A stretch of 64,000 nucleotides of DNA, taken from assembly GCA_036722335.1 (NCBI GenBank), contig DAIMJI010000002.1, positions 7,739 through 71,738 of the forward strand. The letters run 5' to 3'. Each line of letters opens with the position of its first letter. Within the stretch, counting starts at the first letter, position 1. The notes below the pieces were generated by a model. The model saw nothing but the letters and a program-made list of their open reading frames with translations, was not told the origin of the DNA and searched no databases. This DNA comes from Synergistales bacterium. Lineage in GTDB: Bacteria > Synergistota > Synergistia > Synergistales > 79-D21. Positions 47,178-55,742 of the stretch are shown here, piece after piece. Both the position numbers and the translations under genes were made by a program.

Positions 47178-48239
47178 CTATCGCCCCAGGGCCTTGCGGA
47201 CCTGGTCCTTGATTTCCTCGACCGAAGGGGTCATGCCTCCGACCCTTCCATACATGGAAACCGGCAACTCCTTGCCGACGGCCAGGCGCACGTCTTCAAT
47301 CATCTGGCCGCAGCTCATTTCGACCGTGAGGATCTGCTTGATGGACTTCGGTAGCGTTTCGAGCGGTTCGTAAGGGAAAGGGAAGAGGGAAATCGGACGG
47401 AAAAGCCCGACCTTTACCCCGTCGGCACGAAGTTCGTTGATCGCGGTGCGGGCGATTCGGGCGACCGTACCGTAGGCGGCAATGAGGATTTCCGCGTCCT
47501 CGACCAGGTAGGTCTCATGCCGCTTCTCGTTCTTGGTCATCTCGGCGTATTTTGCCTGGAGTTTCCAGTTATGGGCTTCCAGTTCCTCAGGGTCGAGGTA
47601 GAGGCTCTTGATCAGGGCCCTGCTCCCCCGTTCCTTCATGTAACCGACGGCCCATTCAGCCGGATCGGGCTGTCCTTCCGCATGGCTTTCCTTGAATTCG
47701 ACGGCTTCCATCATCTGTCCCATGAAACCGTCCGCGAGGATCATGACCGGGTTGCGGTACTTCTCGGCCAGGTCGAAGGCAAGCATGGTGAGGTCGACGG
47801 CTTCCTGGACCGTGCTGGGTGCGAGGACCAGGAGGCGGTAGTCGCCGTGGCCGCCACCCCGGGTTGCCTGGAAATAGTCGGACTGCGAGGGGAGGATGCC
47901 ACCGAGGCCCGGTCCTCCGCGCATGACATTCATCAGGACACAGGGCAGTTCCGCGCCCGCGATGTAGCTGATTCCCTCGGACATGAGGGAAACACCGGGG
48001 CTAGAGGACGATGTCATGACCCTCTTGCCGGTTCCCGCGGCTCCGAAGATCATGTTGATTGCCGCGACTTCGCTTTCTGCCTGGAGGTAGACGCCTCCGA
48101 TTTCGGGAAGTTTCTTGGACATGTATTCGGGGATTTCATTTTGCGGTGTGATGGGGTATCCGAAGAAATACTTGCAACCTGCGTGGATTGCCGCTTCAGC
48201 CAGGGCCTCGTTGCCTTTCATAAGGAATCGCTTGGCCAT
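47178..48239 (-). CDS. 2-oxoacid:ferredoxin oxidoreductase, alpha subunit
   Basis: 353 aa with MKGNEALAEAAIHAGCKYFFGYPITPQNEI. Confidence 0.9.
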   Translation of the reverse strand: MAKRFLMKGNEALAEAAIHAGCKYFFGYPITPQNEIPEYMSKKLPEIGGVYLQAESEVAAINMIFGAAGTGKRVMTSSSSPGVSLMSEGISYIAGAELPCVLMNVMRGGPGLGGILPSQSDYFQATRGGGHGDYRLLVLAPSTVQEAVDLTMLAFDLAEKYRNPVMILADGFMGQMMEAVEFKESHAEGQPDPAEWAVGYMKERGSRALIKSLYLDPEELEAHNWKLQAKYAEMTKNEKRHETYLVEDAEILIAAYGTVARIARTAINELRADGVKVGLFRPISLFPFPYEPLETLPKSIKQILTVEMSCGQMIEDVRLAVGKELPVSMYGRVGGMTPSVEEIKDQVRKALGR

Positions 48240-48255
48240 CTGTCGTCACCTCGCT

Positions 48256-48489
48256 CTAGGCGTTACAGGCCTTGTCGTCTTCCAGGCGGAAGACTTCCAG
48301 GACCACGTCCGGACAGGTTATCGCGCACATCTTGCAGGCGATGCACCCCTCCTTGAACTGTTCCACAGGCCGGTAGCCCTTGCTGTTGATCTTGTCGGAG
48401 ATCCTGAGAACCTTCATCGGACACGCTGCTACGCAAAGACCGCAGCTTTTGCAACGTTCCTCGTTCACTCCGACGCGCCCCTTTGCCAT
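48256..48489 (-). CDS. 2-oxoacid:ferredoxin oxidoreductase, delta (2x[4Fe-4S] ferredoxin) subunit
   Basis: 77 aa from ATG 48489 with CKSCGLCVAACP and CIACKMCAITCP clusters. TGATG overlap with the upstream P-loop gene. Confidence 0.8.
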   Translation of the reverse strand: MAKGRVGVNEERCKSCGLCVAACPMKVLRISDKINSKGYRPVEQFKEGCIACKMCAITCPDVVLEVFRLEDDKACNA

Positions 48490-49223
48490 CACATACCACC
48501 CCTCTCCCAAGGTAATAGGATGTATCTGGAAACCGGCCATAAGGGGACATCGACACCCTCGAACCGGAGTTCCGCCTCTTGCATGGAATCCTTAGGGACA
48601 CCGACGAAGATCACGGGAAGGTCCATTTTCGCCGCGGCTTCCCGGGCGATTTCGAACCCGTTGAAGACGTCTTCGACGGTTGTCTTTTCCATGAAATGGG
48701 CGTTGCTGATGATACCTGAAACCTTTAGCCCGCTGACCCTCTCGATGGAACGGATCATGGCTTCGATTCCGTCGAGGGTCGAGGTTTGGGGTCGAAAAGC
48801 GTTGACGATGGCGATGAGGTTGTAGCCTGACTGCTCGAGACGGGGGGCAAACTGGGTCAAGGCCATCGCTCCCCTGGGATCGCCGCCGATATCGAGCAGT
48901 AGCCTGCCGGGTGCGTCAAACGCCCTGTCCACTTCCGGTGTGATCGAGGGAAGGTCCGACCACCGCGTACCCTTGAAGGGCAGAATAACGGAAAGCCCCA
49001 TCCTTTCAAGGAGCGCTGAAACTTCCCTGATGCAGAAATAGGGGTTGATGATATCGACATCCGCCACCGTAACCGGTTCCTGCCGCTCCAGGAAGGCGGT
49101 GGCCAGGTTTAGAAGCCACTCCGACTTACCCGAGCCAAGTGCCCCGACAACAGCGACGGCCTTTTCCCATTTGAACCGGTCGAGGTCTTTCGAAAGGCCT
49201 GGCGTGGCGTTGGTTTGCTTCAT
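48489..49223 (-). CDS. Uncharacterised P-loop NTPase (SIMIBI/GPN-loop-like)
   Basis: 244 aa with Walker A GALGSGKS, ADVDIINP, and a Walker B/switch II-like LLLDIGGDP. There is no NKxD and no GPN motif. Confidence 0.65.
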   Translation of the reverse strand: MKQTNATPGLSKDLDRFKWEKAVAVVGALGSGKSEWLLNLATAFLERQEPVTVADVDIINPYFCIREVSALLERMGLSVILPFKGTRWSDLPSITPEVDRAFDAPGRLLLDIGGDPRGAMALTQFAPRLEQSGYNLIAIVNAFRPQTSTLDGIEAMIRSIERVSGLKVSGIISNAHFMEKTTVEDVFNGFEIAREAAAKMDLPVIFVGVPKDSMQEAELRFEGVDVPLWPVSRYILLPWERGGM

Positions 49224-50146
49224 TCAAGGATGTCTCCTTCTTTTACGCGGCTGCCCCTGCACCAGTCGTCGCCCTTGGAGGGTTTGCGGCCTTCCTGTTG
49301 GACCTCCAGGAGGACGAGCGCCCCAGAAGCGCAAGCAACCACCGGAAATCCTTCCTGGAAGCCCGCGATGGTTCCGGGGAGCGCGGAAATTCCTTCGATG
49401 GGGACCGTTCTCCAGATTTTCAACCTTTTCCCGGAATCCATGCAGTAAGCTCCCGGCGATGGATTGAGTGCCCTGACCCTGTTGTGGAGGCGGTCGCTGG
49501 GTTCACCCCAGCAAATCCGTTCTTCTCCCTTGTCAAGCTTTGGGGCGAAGGTCGCTTCTCCCTCATTTTGCGCAATGTATTCTGCATAACCCCCACAGAT
49601 ACATTCTAAACTCTTTAAAAAAATCTGGCTACCTATCAAGGCCAAATTTTCTGTCAACTCGCCCGCGGTGGCATCCCTTCCTATAGGTGTTGTAGCCTGC
49701 GCGACGACAGGGCCCGCGTCCATCGTTTGGACGAGCCGGAAAAGGGTTACCCCCGTTATCGTTCTGCCGTCCATGAGGGCGCGCTGAATGGGAGCTGCCC
49801 CCCGGTAGGCAGGCAGCAGGGATGGATGGATGTTGAAGCAGCCGAAGCGGGGACCGTTGAGCAGGGGTTCTTTTATCAATCGGGAGAAGTCAACGACGAG
49901 GGCCAGGTCGGGGGGATCGTTTTCGAGATCATGCAAAAGGACAGGGTCGGATGAGGGCTTTTCGGAATGAAGAGGATCGAAATCGAGAATCTGCGCCTGC
50001 AGGTCGAGGGGGGTCGGCTGGAGGTGCTTGCCCCGGCCCGCTATCGTCGGCGGCAGGGTTATGACCCTTTCGAAAGGGACACTTCCGGCAATCTCGCGGA
50101 AACAAAGCGCCGCGAAATTGCCGGATCCAAAAAACCAGGCTTTCAA
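49220..50146 (-). CDS. fmt: Methionyl-tRNA formyltransferase
   Basis: 308 aa with NIHPSLLPAYRGAAPIQ. Confidence 0.9.
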   Translation of the reverse strand: MKAWFFGSGNFAALCFREIAGSVPFERVITLPPTIAGRGKHLQPTPLDLQAQILDFDPLHSEKPSSDPVLLHDLENDPPDLALVVDFSRLIKEPLLNGPRFGCFNIHPSLLPAYRGAAPIQRALMDGRTITGVTLFRLVQTMDAGPVVAQATTPIGRDATAGELTENLALIGSQIFLKSLECICGGYAEYIAQNEGEATFAPKLDKGEERICWGEPSDRLHNRVRALNPSPGAYCMDSGKRLKIWRTVPIEGISALPGTIAGFQEGFPVVACASGALVLLEVQQEGRKPSKGDDWCRGSRVKEGDILE

Positions 50147-50646
50147 GAGTTGTTCCTCTCTTCCCGTGCCCGCTTAATGAGTTTCTTCCTGACGATCTCC
50201 CTCTTCAGGGGACTCAGGTGATCGATCATCAAACGCCCGTCCAGGTGGTCTATCTCATGGGAAAGCGCCCTGGCAAGAAAACCTTCACCTTCGATGGTGA
50301 CCGGGTTCCCGTCACCGTCGAAAGCCTCCACCCTGACCTTCAGGGGCCGGCGGATCTTTTCGAAGATCCCGGGGAAACTGAGGCATCCCTCGTCACCAAC
50401 CTGCTCTCCCTCGATCTCGACAATCCTTGGGTTGACAAGGACAAGACGCTGCTCTTTCCAGGAAATCACGCACACCTTAAGGTCGACCCCCACCTGGGTC
50501 GCGGCAAGCCCCACGCCGTCGAAGGCCAGCATCGTCTCCCAAAGGTCGCGAATGAACCCGGAAAGATCCCTGTCGAAAACGGTGACTTCCTTGCCCGGTT
50601 TTCGAAGGGCGGGATCGGGGTAGACAAGGACATTAAGAAGGCTCAT
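50143..50646 (-). CDS. def: Peptide deformylase
   Basis: GVGLAATQVG, EGCLSFPG and HEIDHLDG motifs. The start is at ATG 50646; the track extension crosses a hairpin. Confidence 0.9.
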   Translation of the reverse strand: MSLLNVLVYPDPALRKPGKEVTVFDRDLSGFIRDLWETMLAFDGVGLAATQVGVDLKVCVISWKEQRLVLVNPRIVEIEGEQVGDEGCLSFPGIFEKIRRPLKVRVEAFDGDGNPVTIEGEGFLARALSHEIDHLDGRLMIDHLSPLKREIVRKKLIKRAREERNNS

Positions 50647-50670
50647 TGGATCACCCCTGTCTGCAGGATT

Positions 50671-50699
50671 GCGCCGGTCGCGTGGCACACGACCGGCGC
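50671..50699 (-). other. GC-rich stem-loop between rpsA and def (no U-tract)
   Basis: 10-bp perfect stem GCGCCGGTCG/CGACCGGCGC with a 9-nt loop, 24 nt upstream of the def ATG. Confidence 0.5.
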
Positions 50700-50708
50700 T
50701 TTACAAAT

Positions 50709-50738
50709 ATTATAGGACAGAAACGTCCTACGCGTCGA
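50709..50738 (-). promoter_or_regulatory. Candidate def-fmt promoter
   Basis: Minus strand TCGACG (50738-50733), an 18-nt spacer, then TATAAT (50714-50709). It overlaps the rpsA stop codon. Confidence 0.3.
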
Positions 50739-52254
50739 GCATGTTCTTCAGGACATCCCCGATCGTCACAGAAGTGTCGTCCGGCTGGTAAGCCGGTTCG
50801 TGGGACTTCCTGGATTCCGATCCGCCGCGCTTCCGGCGGTCATCGTCGCGGTTCTTTCGTTCCTCTTCGCGATGCTTGCGTTCCTTTTCGTCCTCTATGG
50901 CGCTCAGGCTGAGGCGAATCCTCCGTTCGGACGGGTTGATCTCCAGGATCCTGGCGACCACTTCCTGCCCTTCCTGAAGCACATCCCCCGGTTTTTCCAC
51001 GCGCTGGCGGCTCAGCTGGGAAATGTGGATAAGACCTTCGACACCTTCCTCAAGCTGGACAAAGGCGCCGAAATCGGCCAGGCGGACAACCTTTACGGGG
51101 ACGTCCTGGCGGGGCTGGTAGCGTTCCTCGACGCCCGCCCAGGGGTCGTTCAGCTGTTTGTATCCCAGCCCGATTCGCTTCCGGTCCGTGTCGACCTCGA
51201 GAACCTGCACTTCGACCGATTGCCCCTTGCGGAGGACTTCCTTGGGATGCTTGATGCGGTGCCAGCTGAGGTCCCCGATGTGGATAAGGCCCTCGATGCC
51301 CGGTTCGATCTCGACGAAGGCGCCGAAGTCGGTCAGGTTGGTTACCGAACCCGAGGTGCGGTCGCCAACATGCCACCGCTCCGTGACCGTTTCCCAGGGA
51401 TCCTGGAGAGTCTGCCTGATGCTCAGGGAAATCCTGTTCGTTTCCTTGTCGAGGCCCAGGACCTTGACCTTTATCGTGTCGCCCTTCTTGTACTGCTCGC
51501 GGGGCTTAACGTTACGCTGCCAGGCGATCTCGCTGATGTGGACGAGGCCTTCCATGTCGTTTCCGAGGGAGACGAAGATGCCGAAGGAAGTGATGCTGCT
51601 GACGGTCCCTTCAACGACGTCGCCTTCGGTGACCCTTGAATAGAAGGCTTCCCTCTGCGCCTCCGTCTCTTTCTCCACGAGTTCCCTGCGGGAAAGAACG
51701 AGGCGTCTCTTGTTGCGCTCCTTTTCCAGCACCTTGACGTTGAACGTTTCACCGACGAAGCGGCCGGGGTTGACTCCCCTTCCCTCCTGGGCAAGGTGCG
51801 AAATCGGGATGAATCCCTCTATGCCGCAGCAGTTGACGATCAGGCCGCCCTTGATCTTGCGCAGCCCAGTCACGGGAAGGACCTCGTTTTCAGAGGACTC
51901 CTTCTCGATGCGGCTCCAACGCTCGTCAAATTCGGGCCTCCACCGGCTGACCAAGAGCTGGGCTTCTTCACCCTGGCCGATGTTCACGACCTGGACGCGT
52001 ACCTTGTCTCCCTTCTGGGGCTCGGAGGCTTCGTCGACGAGTACGCGGTGGGTCCACTCGGACCTGGGAAGGAATCCCTCGCACTTGTAGTTGACATTCA
52101 CCAGCCAGCCCGTATCCGTCGAGCCGACGATCTCACCTTCAACGACTTTCCCCTTGTGAATCTCTTCGCTGAGATAGCCGTCGTACATGCTTTCCATGCT
52201 TTCCTTGTTGACGTCGTTCATTTCCTGGCTTGCGCCTGCCATTTCCTCAACCAT
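50728..52254 (-). CDS. rpsA: 30S ribosomal protein S1 (five S1 repeats)
   Basis: 508 aa with repeated G.V....FGAFV.L..G.EGL.HIS motifs and a basic/acidic C-terminal tail. Confidence 0.9.
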   Translation of the reverse strand: MVEEMAGASQEMNDVNKESMESMYDGYLSEEIHKGKVVEGEIVGSTDTGWLVNVNYKCEGFLPRSEWTHRVLVDEASEPQKGDKVRVQVVNIGQGEEAQLLVSRWRPEFDERWSRIEKESSENEVLPVTGLRKIKGGLIVNCCGIEGFIPISHLAQEGRGVNPGRFVGETFNVKVLEKERNKRRLVLSRRELVEKETEAQREAFYSRVTEGDVVEGTVSSITSFGIFVSLGNDMEGLVHISEIAWQRNVKPREQYKKGDTIKVKVLGLDKETNRISLSIRQTLQDPWETVTERWHVGDRTSGSVTNLTDFGAFVEIEPGIEGLIHIGDLSWHRIKHPKEVLRKGQSVEVQVLEVDTDRKRIGLGYKQLNDPWAGVEERYQPRQDVPVKVVRLADFGAFVQLEEGVEGLIHISQLSRQRVEKPGDVLQEGQEVVARILEINPSERRIRLSLSAIEDEKERKHREEERKNRDDDRRKRGGSESRKSHEPAYQPDDTSVTIGDVLKNMLDA

Positions 52255-53112
52255 TCAATCCATCCCCCTTGGCGACCTTGCGCTCTCAAGTGTTGAAATA
52301 AGTTGCTGGATCAACCAGTCCGGCGTGCTTGCGCCGGCGGCGATTCCAATTTTCTCCTTACCCCGGACCCACCCCCCTTCCTCCAATTCAACTGACTGTT
52401 CTATCCAAAGTGTGGGAACCCCTGTATCTGCTGAAATTTCCACAAGTTTTCTCGTATTTGCGCTATTCTTTCCCCCTATGACGATCATTCCATCGACAAG
52501 AGGGGCCAGGTGCATCACCGCCTGCTGCCTTTCCAGTGTCGCGCCGCAAATCGTGTTGAATACGCGGAGCTCATCGCACCGGCATAAAAGCTTCCCGACG
52601 ACTTCCTCGAGAAGGGATTCCTTTTGCGTCGTCTGGCAAACGAGCCCGATCCTGCCGATCCTTCCCTCCGAAGGAACTTGTTCCGGGCTTCCTAACACTG
52701 CGGCGTCGTTTCCCGCATAGCCAAGAATGCCCTGGACTTCAGGATGGGCAGCGTCCCCGAGGATAAGAAGGCGGTACCCTTCCTTCCTCAGCAGGGCGGC
52801 CTTTTCCTGGACGTTGCGAACGAAGGGGCAGGTCCCGTCAACGATCTTGTCGGTCCTGAGAAGAAGGGAGTCACGAACTTCCGGGGAAACGCCGTGAGCT
52901 CTGATGAAGGCGGTTTTGCCAAGAGGGATGTCTTCCGGATTTTCGACGACGACGAGGCCGAGTTTTTCCAGCCTCTCGATCTCCTGCGGGTTATGGATGG
53001 GACTCCCGAGGCCGTAGACCCTGCCTACTCTTTCCAGCGCGTTTTCCAGTTCAGAAATGGCTCTTTTGACCCCAAAACAGAGACCCGTAGGTCTCGCCAC
53101 CGTTACCTTCAA
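52255..53112 (-). CDS. ispH: 4-hydroxy-3-methylbut-2-enyl diphosphate reductase
   Basis: 285 aa with GLCFGVKRA, GSPIHNP, TCPFV and GGKNSANT. Confidence 0.9.
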   Translation of the reverse strand: MKVTVARPTGLCFGVKRAISELENALERVGRVYGLGSPIHNPQEIERLEKLGLVVVENPEDIPLGKTAFIRAHGVSPEVRDSLLLRTDKIVDGTCPFVRNVQEKAALLRKEGYRLLILGDAAHPEVQGILGYAGNDAAVLGSPEQVPSEGRIGRIGLVCQTTQKESLLEEVVGKLLCRCDELRVFNTICGATLERQQAVMHLAPLVDGMIVIGGKNSANTRKLVEISADTGVPTLWIEQSVELEEGGWVRGKEKIGIAAGASTPDWLIQQLISTLESARSPRGMD

Positions 53113-54062
53113 CTCCGACCGCCTCGCTGGTTTTCCTCTATTTTCATCAGGATGTCGCCCTGGAGCGACTCCCCTTCCGAACGTGTCATATCATACCACA
53201 CGGCCGGTTCAAACTTTGTAAACCATGTCATCTGGCGCCTCGCAAAAGCCCGAGTGGCCGTGATGTATCCTTCCAGGGCACTCTCGAGTGAAATGCGCCC
53301 CCGGTGAAAGGCGGCCAACTCACGGTACCCGAGGCCCTGCATCGAAGGGTAACGCTCGTCGATACCCTCTTCCAGGAGGGATGCCACCTCTTCGGGGAAT
53401 CCTTCCTCGAACTGGACCAGTGCGCGGTCGGCGATGCGTTTCCGGATCTCTTCCCTGCTTCGCGAAAGGCCGATGTAGAGAACACGGGCAGGGTAGCAAA
53501 GGGGACTGCGGGTCCTGAAGACCTCCGAGGCGGGGCGGCCGGTGAGCGTATGGATCTCCAGTGCCCGTACGATCCGGACGGCGTCATTGGGGTGAATCCT
53601 CCTCGCCGAATCTTCATCGACTGACCGAAGGCGCTCGTGCATGGCCGCTTTCCCTTCCCGTGCAAGTATTTTCTCAAGGTGGGCCCTGATGCCGGGGTCC
53701 GACCCCAGGTCTTCGGTCAGGGTACCGCAAAGGAGGGCACGGTAGTAGAAAGGGGTTCCCCCGACAAGCAGGACCGATTTCCTCCTTGCGAGGATTTCCT
53801 CGATCGCGCGGGTCGAAAGTTCAACGAAGCGCGATGCGGAAAAACGTTCTACAGGGTCGGCTACGTCGATGAGGTGATGTGGAACCCTCGCCCTTTCCTC
53901 CTCGGTGGCTTTGGCGGTGCCAATATCGAGTTTCCTGTAGACCTGCCTGGAGTCAACCGAGATGATTTCAGCGCCAAGCCTTTCGGCGAGGGAAAGGCTC
54001 AGTTCAGTCTTGCCGACTGCGGTCGGCCCGATGATCGCAACGAGGAATGGCAAGCCGGGCAT
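53109..54062 (-). CDS. miaA: tRNA dimethylallyltransferase
   Basis: P-loop GPTAVGKTELS, DSRQVYR, and VGGTPFYY. Confidence 0.9.
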   Translation of the reverse strand: MPGLPFLVAIIGPTAVGKTELSLSLAERLGAEIISVDSRQVYRKLDIGTAKATEEERARVPHHLIDVADPVERFSASRFVELSTRAIEEILARRKSVLLVGGTPFYYRALLCGTLTEDLGSDPGIRAHLEKILAREGKAAMHERLRSVDEDSARRIHPNDAVRIVRALEIHTLTGRPASEVFRTRSPLCYPARVLYIGLSRSREEIRKRIADRALVQFEEGFPEEVASLLEEGIDERYPSMQGLGYRELAAFHRGRISLESALEGYITATRAFARRQMTWFTKFEPAVWYDMTRSEGESLQGDILMKIEENQRGGRS

Positions 54063-54068
54063 CGGGGC

Positions 54069-55742
54069 TCAATCCTTTCTTCCGAAGTGCCGCCTTAGCT
54101 GCCGCCCTTCGAGGCGCAGGAGCGTGGGTCTGCCATGGGGGCATGTGTTAGGGCTTTGGGAAAGTGCAAGTTGCTGCCAGAGGCTAATGGCTTCCCCTGC
54201 AGTGAAGGAGTCCCCGAGCTTGACGGCCGCATGGCAGGCCGCATAGGCCCAACGGTTCGCGAGACGTGAACCTATCGGTTCCCCGGAATTCTCATCGATC
54301 GCGTCGATTGCCGCCCTCAGGAGGTCGGAAGGGGAAAGGGATTCGAGCCCCTTGCAGGTAGGGATCGATTCCACGATCAGGGTTCCGTCGTCCCCGTCGA
54401 GGAAGGAAAAACCAAGCGCCTGCAGTTGATCGATATGTTCTCGCACCCCCGCTCCGAGGCTCGGGGACAACTCCTCCCCCATTTGCAGGCGCTGGGAAGG
54501 CAAACGGCCTTCCACTCTTTCGCGGATGAGGTCGTAGAGCACTCGTTCATGAGCCGCGTGAGGATCCATCAGGACGAGATCGCTTCCCTGGGTGAAAACC
54601 AAAAAGCCCTCCGACAGGTTCCCAAGGAAGCACGCATCCGTCTCCGCAACCGCGGGGGATTCCGGTTCAATGGAAAGCAAGGGAAGAGATTCCACGGGTG
54701 CAGCGACACGTGTTCCATTAAAGCCGGCCCCGCCGGGTTTGAAAAAGAGCGGGGGCGGGTCCCAGGCGACCTGGGGCAATTGAAGGTCGTTCACGGCATC
54801 AAGGAGGGCTTTTGCCGCTCCATGCACGGATTCGAAAACCGACCCGGTGTTCCTGAACCGCACTTCGGCTTTTGCCGGGTGTATGTTGACATCGACCTCC
54901 GAAGGCGGGCAATCGACCAGGATCACCCAGTCTCCAGCGATCTCCGGCCCCAGCGCGAAGATCGATGACCGTATCGTGGGCTCGATGATCCTCCGGCCGT
55001 TGACGAAAGAGAGGATTTCGGTTCGTTTGCCCGGCCGCGCGTTTGCCCGCCAGGCTTCCACTTTCATGCGGCCCTTTTCGAAGCGGGTTCCCCTGGCCTC
55101 CCCAGCCCCCAGGACGTATTCAATCGCGTCCTTCCGGGTTCCCCTTTCATGCCGGAAAATCGTCTTCCCATCCGCGACCAGCAGGATGTCGACGTGAGGT
55201 GCCGCGATCGAGGTTTCCTGGATGACCTTCAGGATACGTCTTTGTTCGGCGGCGGCGCCCTTCAGGAATTTCCTTCGGGCCGGAAGGTTAAAAAAAAGAT
55301 CGTCGACCTGGACACGTGTTCCTTCCGCTGTTTCCGTGCCCCCTCCCGATACCGTGAGGCCGCCCTCGATTCTCAGAAAAGCGCCTTCCTGTTCCCCCCG
55401 CTTTCGGCTGCGAATTTCGAATCGGCTTACGGTCGCGATGCTCGCGAGTGCTTCCCCCCTGAAACCAAGGGTGACAATCCGTTCCAGGTCCTCGATTCCC
55501 GCAAGCTTGCTCGTCGCGAACCTTTCGACTGCAAGGGAGAGTTCCTCCGGAGGTATCCCCTGACCGTCGTCTTCGACGACGATCGAGAGGGTTCCCCCCT
55601 GTTGGAGCCTGACGGTCAGGCGGGAGGCTCCGGCATCGAGGGAGTTCTCGAGGAGTTCCTTCACGACCGATGCCGGCCGTTCGATGACCTCTCCAGCCGC
55701 TATGCGGTGCGTGACGTCTTCCGGCAGTTTCCTGATGGGCAT
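54069..55742 (-). CDS. mutL: DNA mismatch repair protein MutL (endonuclease-type)
   Basis: GHKL ATPase N-terminus (IAAGEVIERPASVVKELLENSLDAG). The C-terminal DPHAAHERVLYD is a DQHA(x)2E(x)4E-like nuclease motif. Confidence 0.9.
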   Translation of the reverse strand: MPIRKLPEDVTHRIAAGEVIERPASVVKELLENSLDAGASRLTVRLQQGGTLSIVVEDDGQGIPPEELSLAVERFATSKLAGIEDLERIVTLGFRGEALASIATVSRFEIRSRKRGEQEGAFLRIEGGLTVSGGGTETAEGTRVQVDDLFFNLPARRKFLKGAAAEQRRILKVIQETSIAAPHVDILLVADGKTIFRHERGTRKDAIEYVLGAGEARGTRFEKGRMKVEAWRANARPGKRTEILSFVNGRRIIEPTIRSSIFALGPEIAGDWVILVDCPPSEVDVNIHPAKAEVRFRNTGSVFESVHGAAKALLDAVNDLQLPQVAWDPPPLFFKPGGAGFNGTRVAAPVESLPLLSIEPESPAVAETDACFLGNLSEGFLVFTQGSDLVLMDPHAAHERVLYDLIRERVEGRLPSQRLQMGEELSPSLGAGVREHIDQLQALGFSFLDGDDGTLIVESIPTCKGLESLSPSDLLRAAIDAIDENSGEPIGSRLANRWAYAACHAAVKLGDSFTAGEAISLWQQLALSQSPNTCPHGRPTLLRLEGRQLRRHFGRKD

